A stretch of DNA of 64,000 nucleotides, from the NCBI RefSeq assembly GCF_006345805.1, contig NC_043011.1, forward strand, positions 9,920,001-9,984,000. Reading direction: 5' to 3'. The first letter of the stretch is position 1. Each line of letters starts with the position of its first letter. Of this stretch, positions 38,721-52,861 are shown piece after piece. Source of the DNA: Octopus sinensis (taxonomy: Eukaryota). A program made the position numbers and the translations under genes. The notes beneath the pieces were generated by a model. That model searched no databases. It had not been told where the DNA came from and worked only from the letters and a program-made list of their open reading frames with translations.

Positions 38721-39227
38721 ACATTTATAAATACACAGATATCTACATACATACACATATATTAATGTACATATATTGACATGATGGTATTTGCTAATTA
38801 TTTTCTATCCTGCTGCTACATAACTACGATAGATAGAGATGGGGACCATCTGCAGACCGCGCAGACTGAGCTAAATTACTTCAGTCATTACACTACATAA
38901 CACAGTTTGCAAAAAAACTGTTATCATCTCTCTGAGTGTTAATTAAGTAAAACCATTCAGCCCACCACTGTGAATATCATCACCACCCACCCTAGTGCCA
39001 TCATCGTCATCATCATCAGCAGCAGCAGCAGCAGTAGCAGCAGGGAGATACCACCCATTGCATTTCGCTTCCCACTTCTCTCATCAACTTTTAGATTTAT
39101 TTATGAAAGCCATGAAGCACAATCAGAGCTCTCAACCATAAGTTTCTGATATTAAAGAGACATTAATTTAAAGACAGTTCTTTAGATCCAATGACACAAC
39201 TGCTGTTCTTATATAGAATTTACTCAC

Positions 39228-39309
39228 CAGACGACGTAAGTTCATCTTCATAGGTTAACGGAGGATCATGGTAAAACGTTGTCCATTTTGGACTCGACAC
39301 AGCAGCCAT
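39228..39309 (-). CDS. Candidate coding exon (exon 39228-39318) starting MAAVSSPKWTTFYHDPPLTYEDELTSS; gene unidentified
   Basis: Acceptor AATTATTTCCCAATTTAG, donor TG|GTGAGT, open frame across all 91 nt, GTCATGG start context, five CpGs in otherwise CpG-poor DNA. The protein is not recognised. Confidence 0.55.
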
Positions 39310-40132
39310 GACAGCACCCTAAATTGGGAAATAATTTAACATCTTGTTAATAACCACACAGTTATTTACACAATAATTATTACTTTTGTATGTCATTTTC
39401 ACCAGAAAAGTATCAATGTAACCAGAAGGAGCATATCGTTCATTTACAGTTCTTAATGTCCCCACACAGAGGTGAACTTTGCCTTTCATCCACCTTGGGT
39501 CAATAATACAAAATACCAGTCAACTACTGGGGTTGACTTATTCAACTATACACTCTAACTCCTCGGCAGTATTCTAGACTTTGTCCCTACATCAGTGGCA
39601 ATACTGAAACCAAGATCATGAAATCTAAAGACAGTTATTGGCCAGGAATGGTGTAGCACCAAACCAGATTCTTCACAGTATTTCAGGAATCTTTGTTTCA
39701 CCCACCCCACCCACCCCTACAAAAAATTATTTTCTTTCATCCTTGCAATAAAATAAAACTTATATTTCCAACCTTGCTTCAGTTCCCTATATTCTAGAGA
39801 AATTGGAATCTTAGAGGAAAGAAATCCATCTCCAAACCAGGAAGTAAGGAATCGTGTAACACAAGACTGTAATTCTACAGTCAGGTTTCAATTCCTCGTT
39901 GAAGTCTGTTCACTGTATTCCTTGTGCAAGACACATTAAGTATTTTGGGAGGAGATTCAAAATAGTTCCAACCATTTTCTTCTTTGATACTTTTGAGTAA
40001 ATTTCTAATTAAAAGCTTTAAACCATTTTCAGGGTAATTAAAGTAAAATTATCCTAATCAGTTAATGGTATCTAAAGCTAGAGACAGGTGAGATAATCTT
40101 AGATACAGAGAATGAGTGGATCAGGTTTGAAT

Positions 40133-40545
40133 CATCATCCTCATCAACATCGTTTAACGTCCGTTTTCCATGCTAGCATGGGTTGGACAGTTCAACCAGG
40201 ATCTGGGAAACCAGGAGGCAGCACCAGGCTCCAGTCTGATCTGGCAGTGTTTTCTACAGCTGGATGCCCTTTCTAACGCCAACCACTCCGGGAATGTAGT
40301 GGGTGCTTTTTACGTGCCAGGGGAGGCTGGCAGCGGCCATGATTGGTTGGTGTATTTTACGTGCCCCTGGCACAGAAGCCAGTCAAGGCAGCGCTGGCAT
40401 CGGCCATGCTCGGATGGTGCTTTTTACGTGCCACCACCACAGGTAACACAACTACAATTTCCATTTGATATTTATTTTGATGTTGATGTACTTGACTCAG
40501 TAGGTCTCCTCAAGCACAGCAGGCCATGTGCACCGGCACAGAAGC
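40133..40545 (-). mobile_element. RTE-type 3' end stub
   Basis: CATCGTTTAACGTCCGTTTTCCATGCTAGCATGGGTTGGAC and internal subrepeats as in 29900-30300. Confidence 0.85.
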
Positions 40546-41779
40546 CAGTCAAGGCTTGAATGAGGGATTAAAGCCAGTGAACTCGTCCAGTTGTAACTGT
40601 GTGATCAATAGATACACATCAACAGATACCACACACACACTCTCCCTTCCTCTCTCTCTCTCTGTCTCACATGCACACAGTTGCCATAAGATGATCTGGA
40701 ACTTACTTTTAACTTCCTCCGAGCATTGAATTTTTTCATTTCATCCACCGTTTCTTGGAGATGAATTTTAGTTTTTTCCTGGAAAATGTGGAAAATTGAA
40801 AACATTGCTTGATTACATTGTATTTGGTAAATAAATATATTGAAAAGATTGTCTTAAATAAATTTATGAAAGATTTCTATGAAAATACATTGAAAACATT
40901 GATAAAAGAAAAGCACTTAACTATCATTTCGAAATAAGGCAAGAAAATAATGGTTCTATGCCATTTAGTGTGTGGGGGGGGACTAGTGAATATTGATCTA
41001 ACAACAGAATTTTAATAATAATAATGAAAAAAAAGAAAATTAATTTAATAGGTATTTTGAAAATTCAAAATGAATTTCAGAAAACATGTAAGAAGAATAG
41101 CATAAATTGTGGAAAGAAAGCAAAACAGAAAAGAGACAGAAAGAAACTGAAGAATTTGTTGGAAAATGGAAAAATAAAGTTTAACATTTATCTCCAGGAA
41201 TAAACCTAAATGGAAAAGAAAAAGGTTGGTTGTCTGCAGAATATTTTGTTGGTCGTATATAGATGGGGAGTGTATATATCTGTGTGCAAGGAATACATGT
41301 CTGTACTAGGCTTGTTTATTACATATTTTCTACACCATAAACTTTTTAAACTGTTATGTAAACAAATGACATTGATTTTAGAGGACAAGAGTACCTGATA
41401 TGTACTCAGCACATTCGATTTCAATAATTAAACTACAAAAAAGTACATTCAAAGTGATTTATTAAATCCCATTCCAGTAACAAGAATAAATGGCAGATAA
41501 AAAGAGAAACTATTTGATTCCTTATGTTACAGAATGCAGTGAACTTATCACAGAACTGAATGGTGCCTTACTTTCTACAATATCAGCAGATATTGATTGT
41601 AGTAAACGTAATGCTCTGCGCCGTGGGACCAAAGACTTGAGGTATTTCGTGTTACAAGACAGTGTGTGAGAGAGAATTGCGATGTCGTAGGAGAGAAATT
41701 GTCCGCACAGATGATGGTTATGAGTACCTCTCTTTCATTGGACAATGAACTTTGCTTGTGAAGACCTATTAAGGCAAGT

Positions 41780-42299
41780 GTAAACAAACCAAAATCACTG
41801 ATGTGGCCAATGACAGTACCGCCTGATTGGCACTCATGCCAGTGGAACGTTAAAAGCACATCCGAGCGTGACCGTTGCCAGGGCCACGGATTGGCTCCCA
41901 TGCTGGTGACACATGGAAAGCACCATTTGAGCATGATCGTAGCCAGCATTGCCTTACTGGCACATGTGCCAGTGGCACATGTGCCAGTGGCACATGAAAA
42001 ACAACATTCAAGCATGGTCATTGCCAGTGCCGCCGGACTGGCTCTTGTGCAGGTAGTACATAAAAACAACTTTTGAGCATGAGCGTGGTCATTGCCAGAA
42101 CTACCTGACTGGCCCTCATGCCGGTGGCATGTAAAAAGCACCCACTACACTCTTGGAGTGGTTGGCATTAGGAAGGGCATCAAGCTGTAGAAACTTTGCC
42201 AGACCAGATTGAACCTGGTGCAGCATCTGGCTCACCAGTCCTCAGTCAAACCATCCAAACCATGCCAGTATGGAAAGCGGACATTAAACGATGATGATA
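41780..42299 (+). mobile_element. RTE-type 3' end stub with multiple subrepeats
   Basis: AAAAGCACCCACTACAC...GGCATTAGGAAGGGCATC...CCATGCCAGTATGGAAAGCGGACATTAAACGATGATG. Confidence 0.85.
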
Positions 42300-43235
42300 T
42301 AAATGAAAGATTAAATTAAAATGTCCAAAACTTTGACCCTCAAACCCATCCAACAGAATTCAAGGTTAAGCTTGGAGATATGGAATATATTTCTGGATCT
42401 ACTAAACTGATCAACAACATTTATTTTCATTCTTTCTTGACCTAAGCAGTTCTGGTAACCTCTTCTGATGGCTAAAAGAGTGGGGTTAATTGACCACCCA
42501 GAAACAACAGCCAATTTCTTTCTAACTATTTTAGAAAAGAACACATTAGTTGTAGCCTTGAATCCCTTTTACATTGGAGAGAGGCAGGATGGTCACATTT
42601 GGAATGACTTCATTTATAAATCCGATTATGATTAAAACTGTACCACAAACATTTTCTGACAAAACAATTGTTATGGCCTCTACCACTTAACACAGCCTGT
42701 ACTAGTTATTACAGCTTGTAATTCTAGTTACTATAGCTTCTACCACTACTTACCATAACCAGAACTCTTAGTTATCCCAAACTATACAAGAATCCCCAAT
42801 CACGCATGCAAAATTCACTATTCTTCACAAACTGCCAACTTCCACTCGTCGCAGTTAGATTTCTTTCTCACACCATTTCCTTCCAGACTTTATAAATCTT
42901 TATTTCAATCATTTAAATAAAGAGAAAAAGTTGTAGTTTGTCAGTTTTGTAAGTCAATCCTGCTTTACAGAAACTAAACTACAAGAATATATTTAAAGCT
43001 AACATTAGATTCTGAATTATAAAAATGTCCAGTTACGAAAATGATTGATTATTAACTGTTGAATTTCAATATCAGCAAAGCTTCTCACCCCCCACCACTT
43101 CTCCCTCCCTTCTTCTTCCTTAATCTTTCCTCATGGATAAACTCTGTCCACCAAAGCCAATGGTTAAGCTGTCATTTATTTTACTTATACAACTTATTGA
43201 CATCATCTCCAAACAACCCCTCCAACACCTGTCAC

Positions 43236-43268
<33 letters not shown>

Positions 43269-43414
43269 TGTACATGTTTTCTCCAATAAGCCCACACTTC
43301 ATACAATACACACCCATGTATCAAACACACACACACACTTGAAAGGATTAAGTCTCAGAAATTCAAATGAAAAACTAAAAGCTAAAAATATATTCACAGC
43401 TTTTATGAAATTTG

Positions 43415-43519
43415 TCTTATTTCATGTTCTCTTCAGCTGGAATAACAACAGCAACAACAACAGCAACAACAATAATTATTCCATTTAATATTTCACCAAC
43501 AGACAAGAATCGATGCCAT
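43415..43519 (+). repeat. 105-bp segment duplicated at 44917-45021
   Basis: TCTTATTTCATGTTCTCTTCAGCTGGAATAAC...GACAAGAATCGATGCCAT occurs twice, offset 1502 bp, differing only in the (AAC) tract. Confidence 0.93.
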
Positions 43520-43694
43520 CTGATGTGAATCACCTTTGTTTTCGCTGGTGGAAGTTGGGTAACCAAGGGACTTGCTCAAACGATGTGTTTATGACATAAG
43601 TTGGAGTAGCAGGGGTGGAGTGCCCCGGAGAGCAATAGAGCTGATGTGATCCTCATAACACAGGCATCATGATGGAAGAGAGAGTTGCATGTTA

Positions 43695-43727
<33 letters not shown>

Positions 43728-44111
43728 CCAGTGGTGAGGTCATGAAGGATGGAATGGTGTATGGAAGAGGAGGAAGAGGAGGGACAATGATGAGTTCTTG
43801 AAGAGGCAGCAGACAGGGATTTAGTAACATGATGAGTGAAAGGGCCAGAAGGAGGGAGAGATATCCCAGTCATCATCACTAGGCCTAGAACTGCTACTAT
43901 ATCAGCATTGATAAATCAAGTACCAGTCATGTACTGGGGGATAGGTGGTTCTTGTTTGTCTTTCTCTCCTTCTGAAAGGAATTAGCCATGGTCAGACCTG
44001 AGGAAGTATGAGCTTTGCCAGGTCTAAAAGTGTATGTTGTGGCATTGCCTCTCCTTCAACAGATTAAGCACCCAAGGAATGTCATAACATTATTTACAAT
44101 TCAATTATCTT

Positions 44112-44470
44112 TTAACTGGCACCCGGCAGTTGCCAAGACCCCTGGACTGGTAGTACATAAAAACCACTATGCGAATCGTGGCCGATGCCAGTGCCGCCTC
44201 AACTGGCTTCCGTGCCAGTGGCACATAAAATGCACCAATCGGACCGTGGCCGTTGCCAGCCTCGTCTGGCACCAGTGCGGGTGGCACGTAAAAAGCACCC
44301 ACTACACTCACGGAGTGGTTGGCGTTAGGAAGGGCATCCAGCTGTAGAAACACTGCCAGATCAGACTGGAGCCTGGTGCAGCCTCCTGGCTTCCCAGACC
44401 CCAGTCGAACTGTCCAACCCATGCTAGCATGGAAAACGGACGTTAAACGATGATGATGATGATGATGATG
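44112..44470 (+). mobile_element. RTE-type 3' end stub
   Basis: CCCATGCTAGCATGGAAAACGGACGTTAAACGATGATGATG tail. Confidence 0.88.
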
Positions 44471-45591
44471 CAAAAAAAAAAGAAGAAAGAAACTGAAAGA
44501 ATGCACAAACATAAACATGAATTTCCAGGTGTTTTCCCAAAACTCCTATAATTCTTTGTATAAATGCAAAACTATAAACATGTTACTCGTTGGTTTTCTT
44601 TGAAATAAACTTGCTTCTCCAATATTATTTCAACATTCATAAAATAAATGTGAAAAGCATCTTTAACTGATGAGAGTTGAAAACATGGTGAAACTAACAG
44701 CCGTAGTGTGAGCTAGCATGTGAATAAAGTTATGTTTGTGGCAGTGGGGGGAGCATATCATAATCCCGTTTGTCTCTATCACTCATGCTTCTCATTCAGT
44801 CAAGAATGCAATGGATGAGTTGAGACGTAGCAGTGTAGGGCGCATTTAATCACAATGAGAATCTGGCTACCTCTTTAGTGCTGGTGCCAAAGAAAAAGGA
44901 AACACACCCAGTCCATTCTTATTTCATGTTCTCTTCAGCTGGAATAACCACAGCAACAACATCAACAACAACAACAATTATTCCATTTAATATTTCACCA
45001 ACAGACAAGAATCGATGCCATTGTTTGGTGTTAGGGAATGGCATCCAGCTATGGGAACCAAGAAAGGGGAGCAGATATGTCTAACCCATGATAACATTGA
45101 CAGTGGATGTAAAACAATGATGACATAGACACACACACATGCACACAAACGCATATATATATTGACACACATACATGTAAGAGCAGAATTTTTATGTCAT
45201 TGATGCTAATCAAAGAAAATGCAGCAGTTTTCTCGTGAATTTTATCATTTAAAGCTGTCTGTGTTCATATGTGTGTGTGTGTGTATGCATGTGTGTGTGT
45301 ATGCATGTGTGTGTGTGTGCACGAGTGTGTGTACACATATATACACACAGTTTAACAAAAAGTATATACATACCCCACAGCATCCTATTCATCATAGATT
45401 TTTTTTAAAAAGGCTTCAACTTCAGACAATAAATCAATAAGAACAATGCTATATCGTGTGAATACAATATATACATACACACAATATATATATATATATA
45501 TATATATATGCTCACACACACTCAAAGAATGAATGTATTTTCAAAGATAGCCTTTCCTTCCAGTATGTGTGTGTCTATCCATATATATATA

Positions 45592-45639
<48 letters not shown>

Positions 45640-45788
45640 CGATATATGCATATACACCTATATATACACACTCATACAGCGAGGTATTGAATGTGAGACT
45701 AATGAGAAAAGGTAAAGAACTGTGTAGAAGAAAGAAAATCAGAATTGAAATTTTAAAAGAACGAAAGGATATAAGAATGAAAGTTGGC

Positions 45789-45829
<41 letters not shown>

Positions 45830-47799
45830 AAATGGGGGGGGGACAAAAGTCTATTTTAATGAAATTAAATGACAAGAATCAATCAAGGGTGTTTTTGTTT
45901 TTTGTTTTTTCAATAGATTTTCCTTGTTTCTATTGAAAGTATTTATTGATGAGAATGGAACAGAGCTGAAGAAGGGAAAGAGGAATGAAACGTGGAGAAG
46001 ATGGGATGTTTTATCAATGAACTTATAACCCTGCCCTGAACATCAACATCCATCTTGGTTAAATGTTAGAGGTACTTTAATAGTGAGTGCAGAGGAGGAG
46101 ACAGGCTTGGTTATTGAAATTGTGGTAAGAACCAGAGCTGAGAAAGGAGGAGAGAGACAGACAGACAGACTGAGAATTTCCCTGGGTCCCTGGTGAAAAC
46201 ATTTCTCAGTCTCATTGACTCAAGAAACTTATCTTTGAATAGGTAGAGTGAAGAAGTGGAATTAACCATTCTCTAATTAATGCTTTGCTCATTTGCAGTT
46301 CTGTGATTAACCTGAACTATAGGGAGGCATCCTCCTGGACTGCTCATGTTATTGTTTAGCCCCTGGTAAGCCTTCTGTGAGCCACTTTTGATCAAAGGCA
46401 GTTCAACCATAATCATTCCAGCTCATTTCAAAGAATAACATTATCAAATGTCTGTGTCCTTCTTTTATAAGAGGGTAGATTATGAATGGAGGGAGATCTG
46501 GCTGCTGTTACAGGCAAGTGGAGCAAGCATGAAGAGGCAACCTAATAAATGTAAATGCCATTTACCATTTCAATACCAACCCAGCTGAAACCACCTCTGG
46601 CTCTCTAACACAAATGTTGTTTGCATAAGTTTTAAATTAAGATCTCCGACCAAAACCTTAGTCACAATTTATGTTCCTAACACTAGGTGAATGATAACGA
46701 AGTTATCTTACTAAATTCTTTGTTATATTTAAAATTAATTGCAAGAAACGCAGAGCATCTCAACAGAAATGCAGTAATGGAGTGGTTAATAAACATAAGC
46801 ATCAAATTAATGAGGGGAGACAACTTCTCAGAGTTGTCCTGCAATCACAGAAAACCAGAGATACCCACCTTTACCATTTGGCTGTGCTGGGTGCCTACTT
46901 CTTATCAGAGTGGCTAATAAAGGGGTCCATCTGGGACCACAATTAATAATCTCTGCAGTGGATTTGAACCCATGTCCAGCCGAGAAGCGGACAGGCCAGA
47001 AGATGTGATTATATCATCCATTGACAGTTGTTTGGAATGAAGACAAGCCAAGCAGTTGACATATGATCAATAAATATTGATTGATTGCCAACTGAGAGGA
47101 TGGTTGAGTGATAGTTCATTCCTAATGAACAGATCAAACTGATTATGGAGAAGATGGAAGGTCTTACGTTCAAGTTCAACTAACTTTAATATCTGGAATT
47201 TTAAATACAATTAACAATAAGAGGATGTCAGGGGAAACTGTAGAGAAGATTTATCTTTGGCAGTTTTAAGTGATGGAGAGGACAGACTTAGGGATCGCAA
47301 CCTCAGATTAAGTACTTCTGAATCTCTAGGTCTCAGTTCAGACCTCACTGAGGTAAGACCCTTGGACATTCATCGTTATGGAGATTGTGAAATGATCCTT
47401 TCTACAATGGTCACTTGGCCTGAACTTTTCAGGGAAGGGGCTATTTGATCGATTCCATTACTGAGCTGGTGCTCATTTTATCAATCTCAAAGGGCTGAAG
47501 GGCAAAGTCAACCTCAGGAGAATTTGAACTTAGAACTCTGCCATCTCGCCAGAGGTAGTGATATAATACCAGTAATACTTTAGGGCCAACTCCCATCAAA
47601 TATCACTCTGCTCAGAGCAGACCACATGGTTCTGAGTTCAATCTTTATGGAAAGAACCACTTTTAAAATGATTTTGAGATACAGGCTCAGTCTGTCTGGA
47701 AGGCAACAGGTCCCACCCTTTGTCTTTAGTTTAACTAAATTTCTCCCATGAAAAGTTCAGCAACCTTTCTGAGGAAATAAAATGTGGAATAATTAAAGA

Positions 47800-48510
<711 letters not shown>

Positions 48511-49139
48511 TGCTGTTTACGTCAGAAACAAAATGAGTTTTAAGGTTGAAAACAGGAAAATATTTGCTTCCAATTTTACTGTTTTCAATGAAAATAGAAC
48601 AAAAAAAGGAATAAAAGAAAAAAATATAGGAAGAGGGTAGAGGGGTGGGGTGGAAGGAGATGGGGAGAGAGAGAAAGACAAAGAGATGGGAGAAATCTGA
48701 AAGCTGCAAACACCATCATCACCATCATCACCATGATGGCACTGTGTGAGGCTGGGGGGTAGGGAAGCTGTTTCCAAAACATAAAAAGGCTCCACACAAA
48801 AGCTGATGCATTAAACAAATGAAAAGGGGCCCCTGAAGATTTCCAAAACTAGGAGAGAGAATAATTTCCCACAATTTATTTATTGGGGACACTATAATAT
48901 TTCCTTTGTTGTTATTTGACCTCCTTTGTTTAAAACCCATTAGCGAAAAGGTCAAGGGTCAGACAAGTAGCAAAACATTCCTTTGACAATAACCTTTGAC
49001 CCCTAACCGCTAACAATGCCGAAATTAGATGCTATCCCTTCTATTTTAGAAACTGAGAAAGTAGATAGAATCATGAGAAATCTAAGAGATGCTGAAACGT
49101 TGATACCCTAACCACCAGGGGCCAGATGACATCCTTATT

Positions 49140-49470
49140 TGATTTATTTTCAGTCATAATTTCTAGAGTCAAATCAGGAATAAGGGTTTCAAGTGAACAT
49201 TCTGTTTTATGGTTCGGGGTCACCAGTTCAGGCTGTTTGGCCATGTTACTCAGTTTTCTGAGTTGGACCCTGCTTACCATGTTCTCTTCACGGAGGATCT
49301 AGCTGGGTGGACGGCTTGTATTGGTCAACCATATGCTACATGGTCTCAGCAGATGAGAAAGTATATTGCAGAGATGGGGACTCACTGGGACTCTGCTCAA
49401 AAGGTCATCCAGAAGGACTCGGGGACCGACTCACAAATGCTGAATGCAGCAACACACAGCAACAGGGCAT
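49140..49470 (+). mobile_element. RTE-clade LINE C-terminal fragment (third family)
   Basis: VRGHQFRLFGHVTQFSELDPAYHVL...GWTACIGQPYATWSQQM resembles the RTE RQLRLFGHVAR...DPAHR...GRPR.TW motif. Confidence 0.7.
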
Positions 49471-50134
49471 GACCTTCCACCCACCCCCAAACTCACCTAA
49501 CCTGATAATTTCTAAAGAACAGTGTTGTGAGGGGACAGGATGCCAGTGGGTCAAACATAGGGTCATTGAATTTCCAATGGCATGACTGGGGAGCGGGGGC
49601 AGCATTTCACTGTAAGGAATTATTGGTCCCTTAAAGTACCAGATCCTTTGTTAATACATAACAACACACAATTACATAGAACATCTCTACCTGAATGCTA
49701 AGCTTCCAGTTTATTTCTACCAAACTCCACTCCCAGGGGCCAAGGTCGATAACATTCTACCACAGGGTCATGCAGTGAGATTGAACTTGAAAATCATAGG
49801 GTTTCAAATCAACCTCCTTCACCACTCACTCAGCCAAGGTACAAAAAGAGAGATCAAATACTGGTCTCGTATGGTGTATGACAGCAGTTAACTGACTAAT
49901 CTGGGTTGAATTGGCCTGCAAATTCAAATATTTACATAAGTTGCTACCTCAGGGAATTATATATATATACACACATCAATAGATAGATATCAATATATAT
50001 ATATATGTTATAATTTAGAATAAACAGTAAGTTGTCGTTATAGTATTTGGAGTTTTGAATGCCAGAGTGAAGAGCTAAGATGCATTAATAGCCGATGAAA
50101 ATGCATCGTAACTCTTCACTCCAACATTCGAAAC

Positions 50135-50415
50135 TCCGGCCACCTGACTGGCTCCCATGCCAGTGGCATGTAAAAAGCACCATTCAAGTGTGGTCGATGC
50201 CAGTGTTGGCTGACTGGGCCTCATGCTGGTGGCATGTAAAAAGCTCCACTACACTCTCAGAGTGGTTGGCATTAGGAAGGGCATCCAGCCATAGAAATTT
50301 TGCCAGATCAGATTGGAGCTTGGTGCAGCCTCCTGGCTTGTCGGCCCTCAGTCGAACAGTCCAACCCATGCCAACATGGAAAGTGGACATTAGACAACGA
50401 CAACGATGATGATGA
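50135..50415 (+). mobile_element. RTE-type 3' end stub
   Basis: GGCATTAGGAAGGGCATCCAGCC...CCAACCCATGCCAACATGGAAAGTGGACATTA...GATGATG. Confidence 0.85.
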
Positions 50416-50461
50416 TATAGATATCGGTAAATATATATCGATATCTATTTATCAATATATA

Positions 50462-50548
<87 letters not shown>

Positions 50549-50908
50549 ATATATAGAGGGGCAGATGGGAGGGAAGGACAGAAGGAGATAGGAGAGCTTC
50601 ATTTGTGTGCAGTGAAGTAATGCAACACTCGCCCCTGTCTCTCTCCACACACAAATAGTTTTTATTAAAACTAAAGCTGTGAGTTTGTCTCACAACTTGA
50701 GTTTTTTGGCAGGTGACCACCCTGGCACAAAACTTGAGTTGCAAAACAAGTTTTCATTTATAGTTTTAATAAAAACCATTGCATCTACAACATGTGTTCA
50801 GCCTTCGTTTCTCATTCATTTCAACATTAATGGACTTGTGTGCAAATAATTAAATAAATAAGTATGATGATGATGACGATGATGATATATACATACATAC
50901 ATACATAC

Positions 50909-52012
50909 ACAGGATGCAGTGAATAAATTGTTATCTAAATTACGTAAAAATGAAAAGAACACTGACATTTCATTTTAACAGACATATTTACCAAAATTAC
51001 AGAAAAATATCTTGAAATACAAAAGAGTAAATTTATTCAATAAAATTGCTATTGGCTTCAACCAAGGCCTCCAGACGACTTTGGAATCTCCAGCAACTCT
51101 TCTGGACAGTCTCCTTGTTTAAGTTGGTGAATGCTGCCATAATCTTTGCCTTCAGCTTATCTTTGGCGTCTGTTGTGGGGAAATCCTGACACCCCTGTGG
51201 GATCAACTGTCAACTGTCCTAAACCATATAAAGGTGATGGACAGTGTGGTGTGTGCAGGAGCTTTGTGAAGACAGTCGTAGAAGTCACTGAGAAGAGATA
51301 TTGTTTGTTGTGTGTTGTTTTTCATTTATATTTGTATTGTTCTAACCTTGTTATAAATCTTCATTATAAAGTGGAATATACAGCGAGTTCAAAGAAGGAC
51401 ATAACAGTGTTGATGGTACACAACAAGCTGCACCCCTCACATAATAATCAAGGGAATTGAAAAATGGCGAGTTAGATGGCCAGATGTTAGGGGAGATGTG
51501 GTTGCAAAAATTGTCTGACTGCCACGACTGGGTTCTCCTGCTTGTGTGGCATGGGGCAGAGTTTTGTTGCCAGGCACAGGGTCTTCCAGCAGCCACCCTC
51601 TTCACCCAGGACAGCACCACCTCCTCCAGGCACTTGATGCAGGCCTACGTGTTGCATCTGAGGCCGGGTCAGAAGATGAATGGAGGCATGACGTCGCCAT
51701 CACTATTGACAACACCAAACACCATGATGTTGACTGGATGTTTGATCTCTATCACTCTTGGTACATGTCCTCAGAGTGACAACACCAAACACTCTGAAAT
51801 GTCCATATTGGAGCTTCCAGCATGAATGACAAGCAGTACAGCATGTTATTTCCAAATTTCTGGCAGAATGAATTGCATCATGGTGCTATTTTCTCACAGA
51901 CAGTGGCCAACTGACCCTACTATATTGTGTAATTGACAAAATCAAAAGTAAACGATGCACATGTGCGATATTAAAAATATAAAATAGTGACAGTTTACCC
52001 ATCATACTCTGT
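50909..52012 (-). mobile_element. Tc1/mariner-superfamily (maT/DD37D-like) transposon remnant
   Basis: Minus strand: FGVVNSDGDVMPPFIF, VVLSWVKRVAAGRPCAWQQNSAPCHTSRRTQSW, IWPSNSP...LDYYV, KDKLKAKIMAAFTNLNKETVQKSCWRFQSRLEALVEAN. Loosely matching TIRs; internally deleted and interrupted by an LTR. Confidence 0.85.
51171..51406 (+). mobile_element. Solo LTR inserted in the transposase
   Basis: TGTTGTG...CATAACA termini (6/7 inverted match), flanks GCGTC/GTGTT (decayed 5-bp TSD), TATA-like CATATAAAGG near 51225. The transposase frame resumes on either side. Confidence 0.75.
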
Positions 52013-52051
52013 GTATATGTAAATATATATATACACATACACATATATAAT

Positions 52052-52158
<107 letters not shown>

Positions 52159-52276
52159 TGGTAAGTACTTTGATATTTGCAAATTCTAAACTGAATTTAT
52201 GTCTATGCACAAAATGATTGAATACATGAATATACTTCTTGCAACTTTTTAAAATCTTATCTCCTCCATTTTTGAC

Positions 52277-52452
52277 TTGGCACGTAAAAAGCACCCACTA
52301 CATGCTCGGAGTGGTTGGCGTTAGGAAGGGCATAAAACTGTAGAAACTCTGCCAGATCAGATTGGAGCCTAGGGCAGCCATCTGGTTCGCCAGACCTCAG
52401 TCAAATCGTCCAACCCATGCTAGCATGGAAAGAAGACGTTAAACGATGATGA
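52277..52452 (+). mobile_element. RTE-type 3' end stub
   Basis: GGCACGTAAAAAGCACCCAC...CCATGCTAGCATGGAAAGAAGACGTTAAACGATGATGAT. Confidence 0.85.
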
Positions 52453-52689
52453 TTGGATTTGTAGAACTGCATTCCATAAATTAATCATACACTTAATATA
52501 CTATATACATACATACACACACGCATATATATATATATATTATATATATATATATATATAATTGGTGAATTGAAGAAATGGAGCTGAACGCAGATTGAAC
52601 AGAAATCGTTTTATTTAAACTTTTGATTAATCTACTACAAGATTATTCATCTTTCTATTTCACATAATATATATATATGTTTATATATG

Positions 52690-52806
52690 TTCAGGGCTCA
52701 GTTCCACTGTGTGGTGCCTTGAGCAAGTGTCTTCTACTGTAGCTTCAGGCCAACCAAAGCTTTGTGAGTGGATTTGGTAGACAGAAATTGAAAGAAGGCG
52801 GTTGTG

Positions 52807-52810
<4 letters not shown>
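52690..52810 (+). mobile_element. tRNA-derived SINE fragment (family of 379-787)
   Basis: CCTTGAGCAAGTGTCTTCTACTGTAGC...CCAAAGCTTTGTGAGTGGATTTGGTAGACAGAAATTGAAAGAAG. Confidence 0.8.

Positions 52811-52861
<51 letters not shown>

Noticed and set aside
41572-41760. CpG-rich stretch with possible exons on either strand
   Set aside because: Ambiguous: weak splice sites, and one minus frame (RTISLL...) resembles a decayed RT fragment; cannot be supported as an exon.
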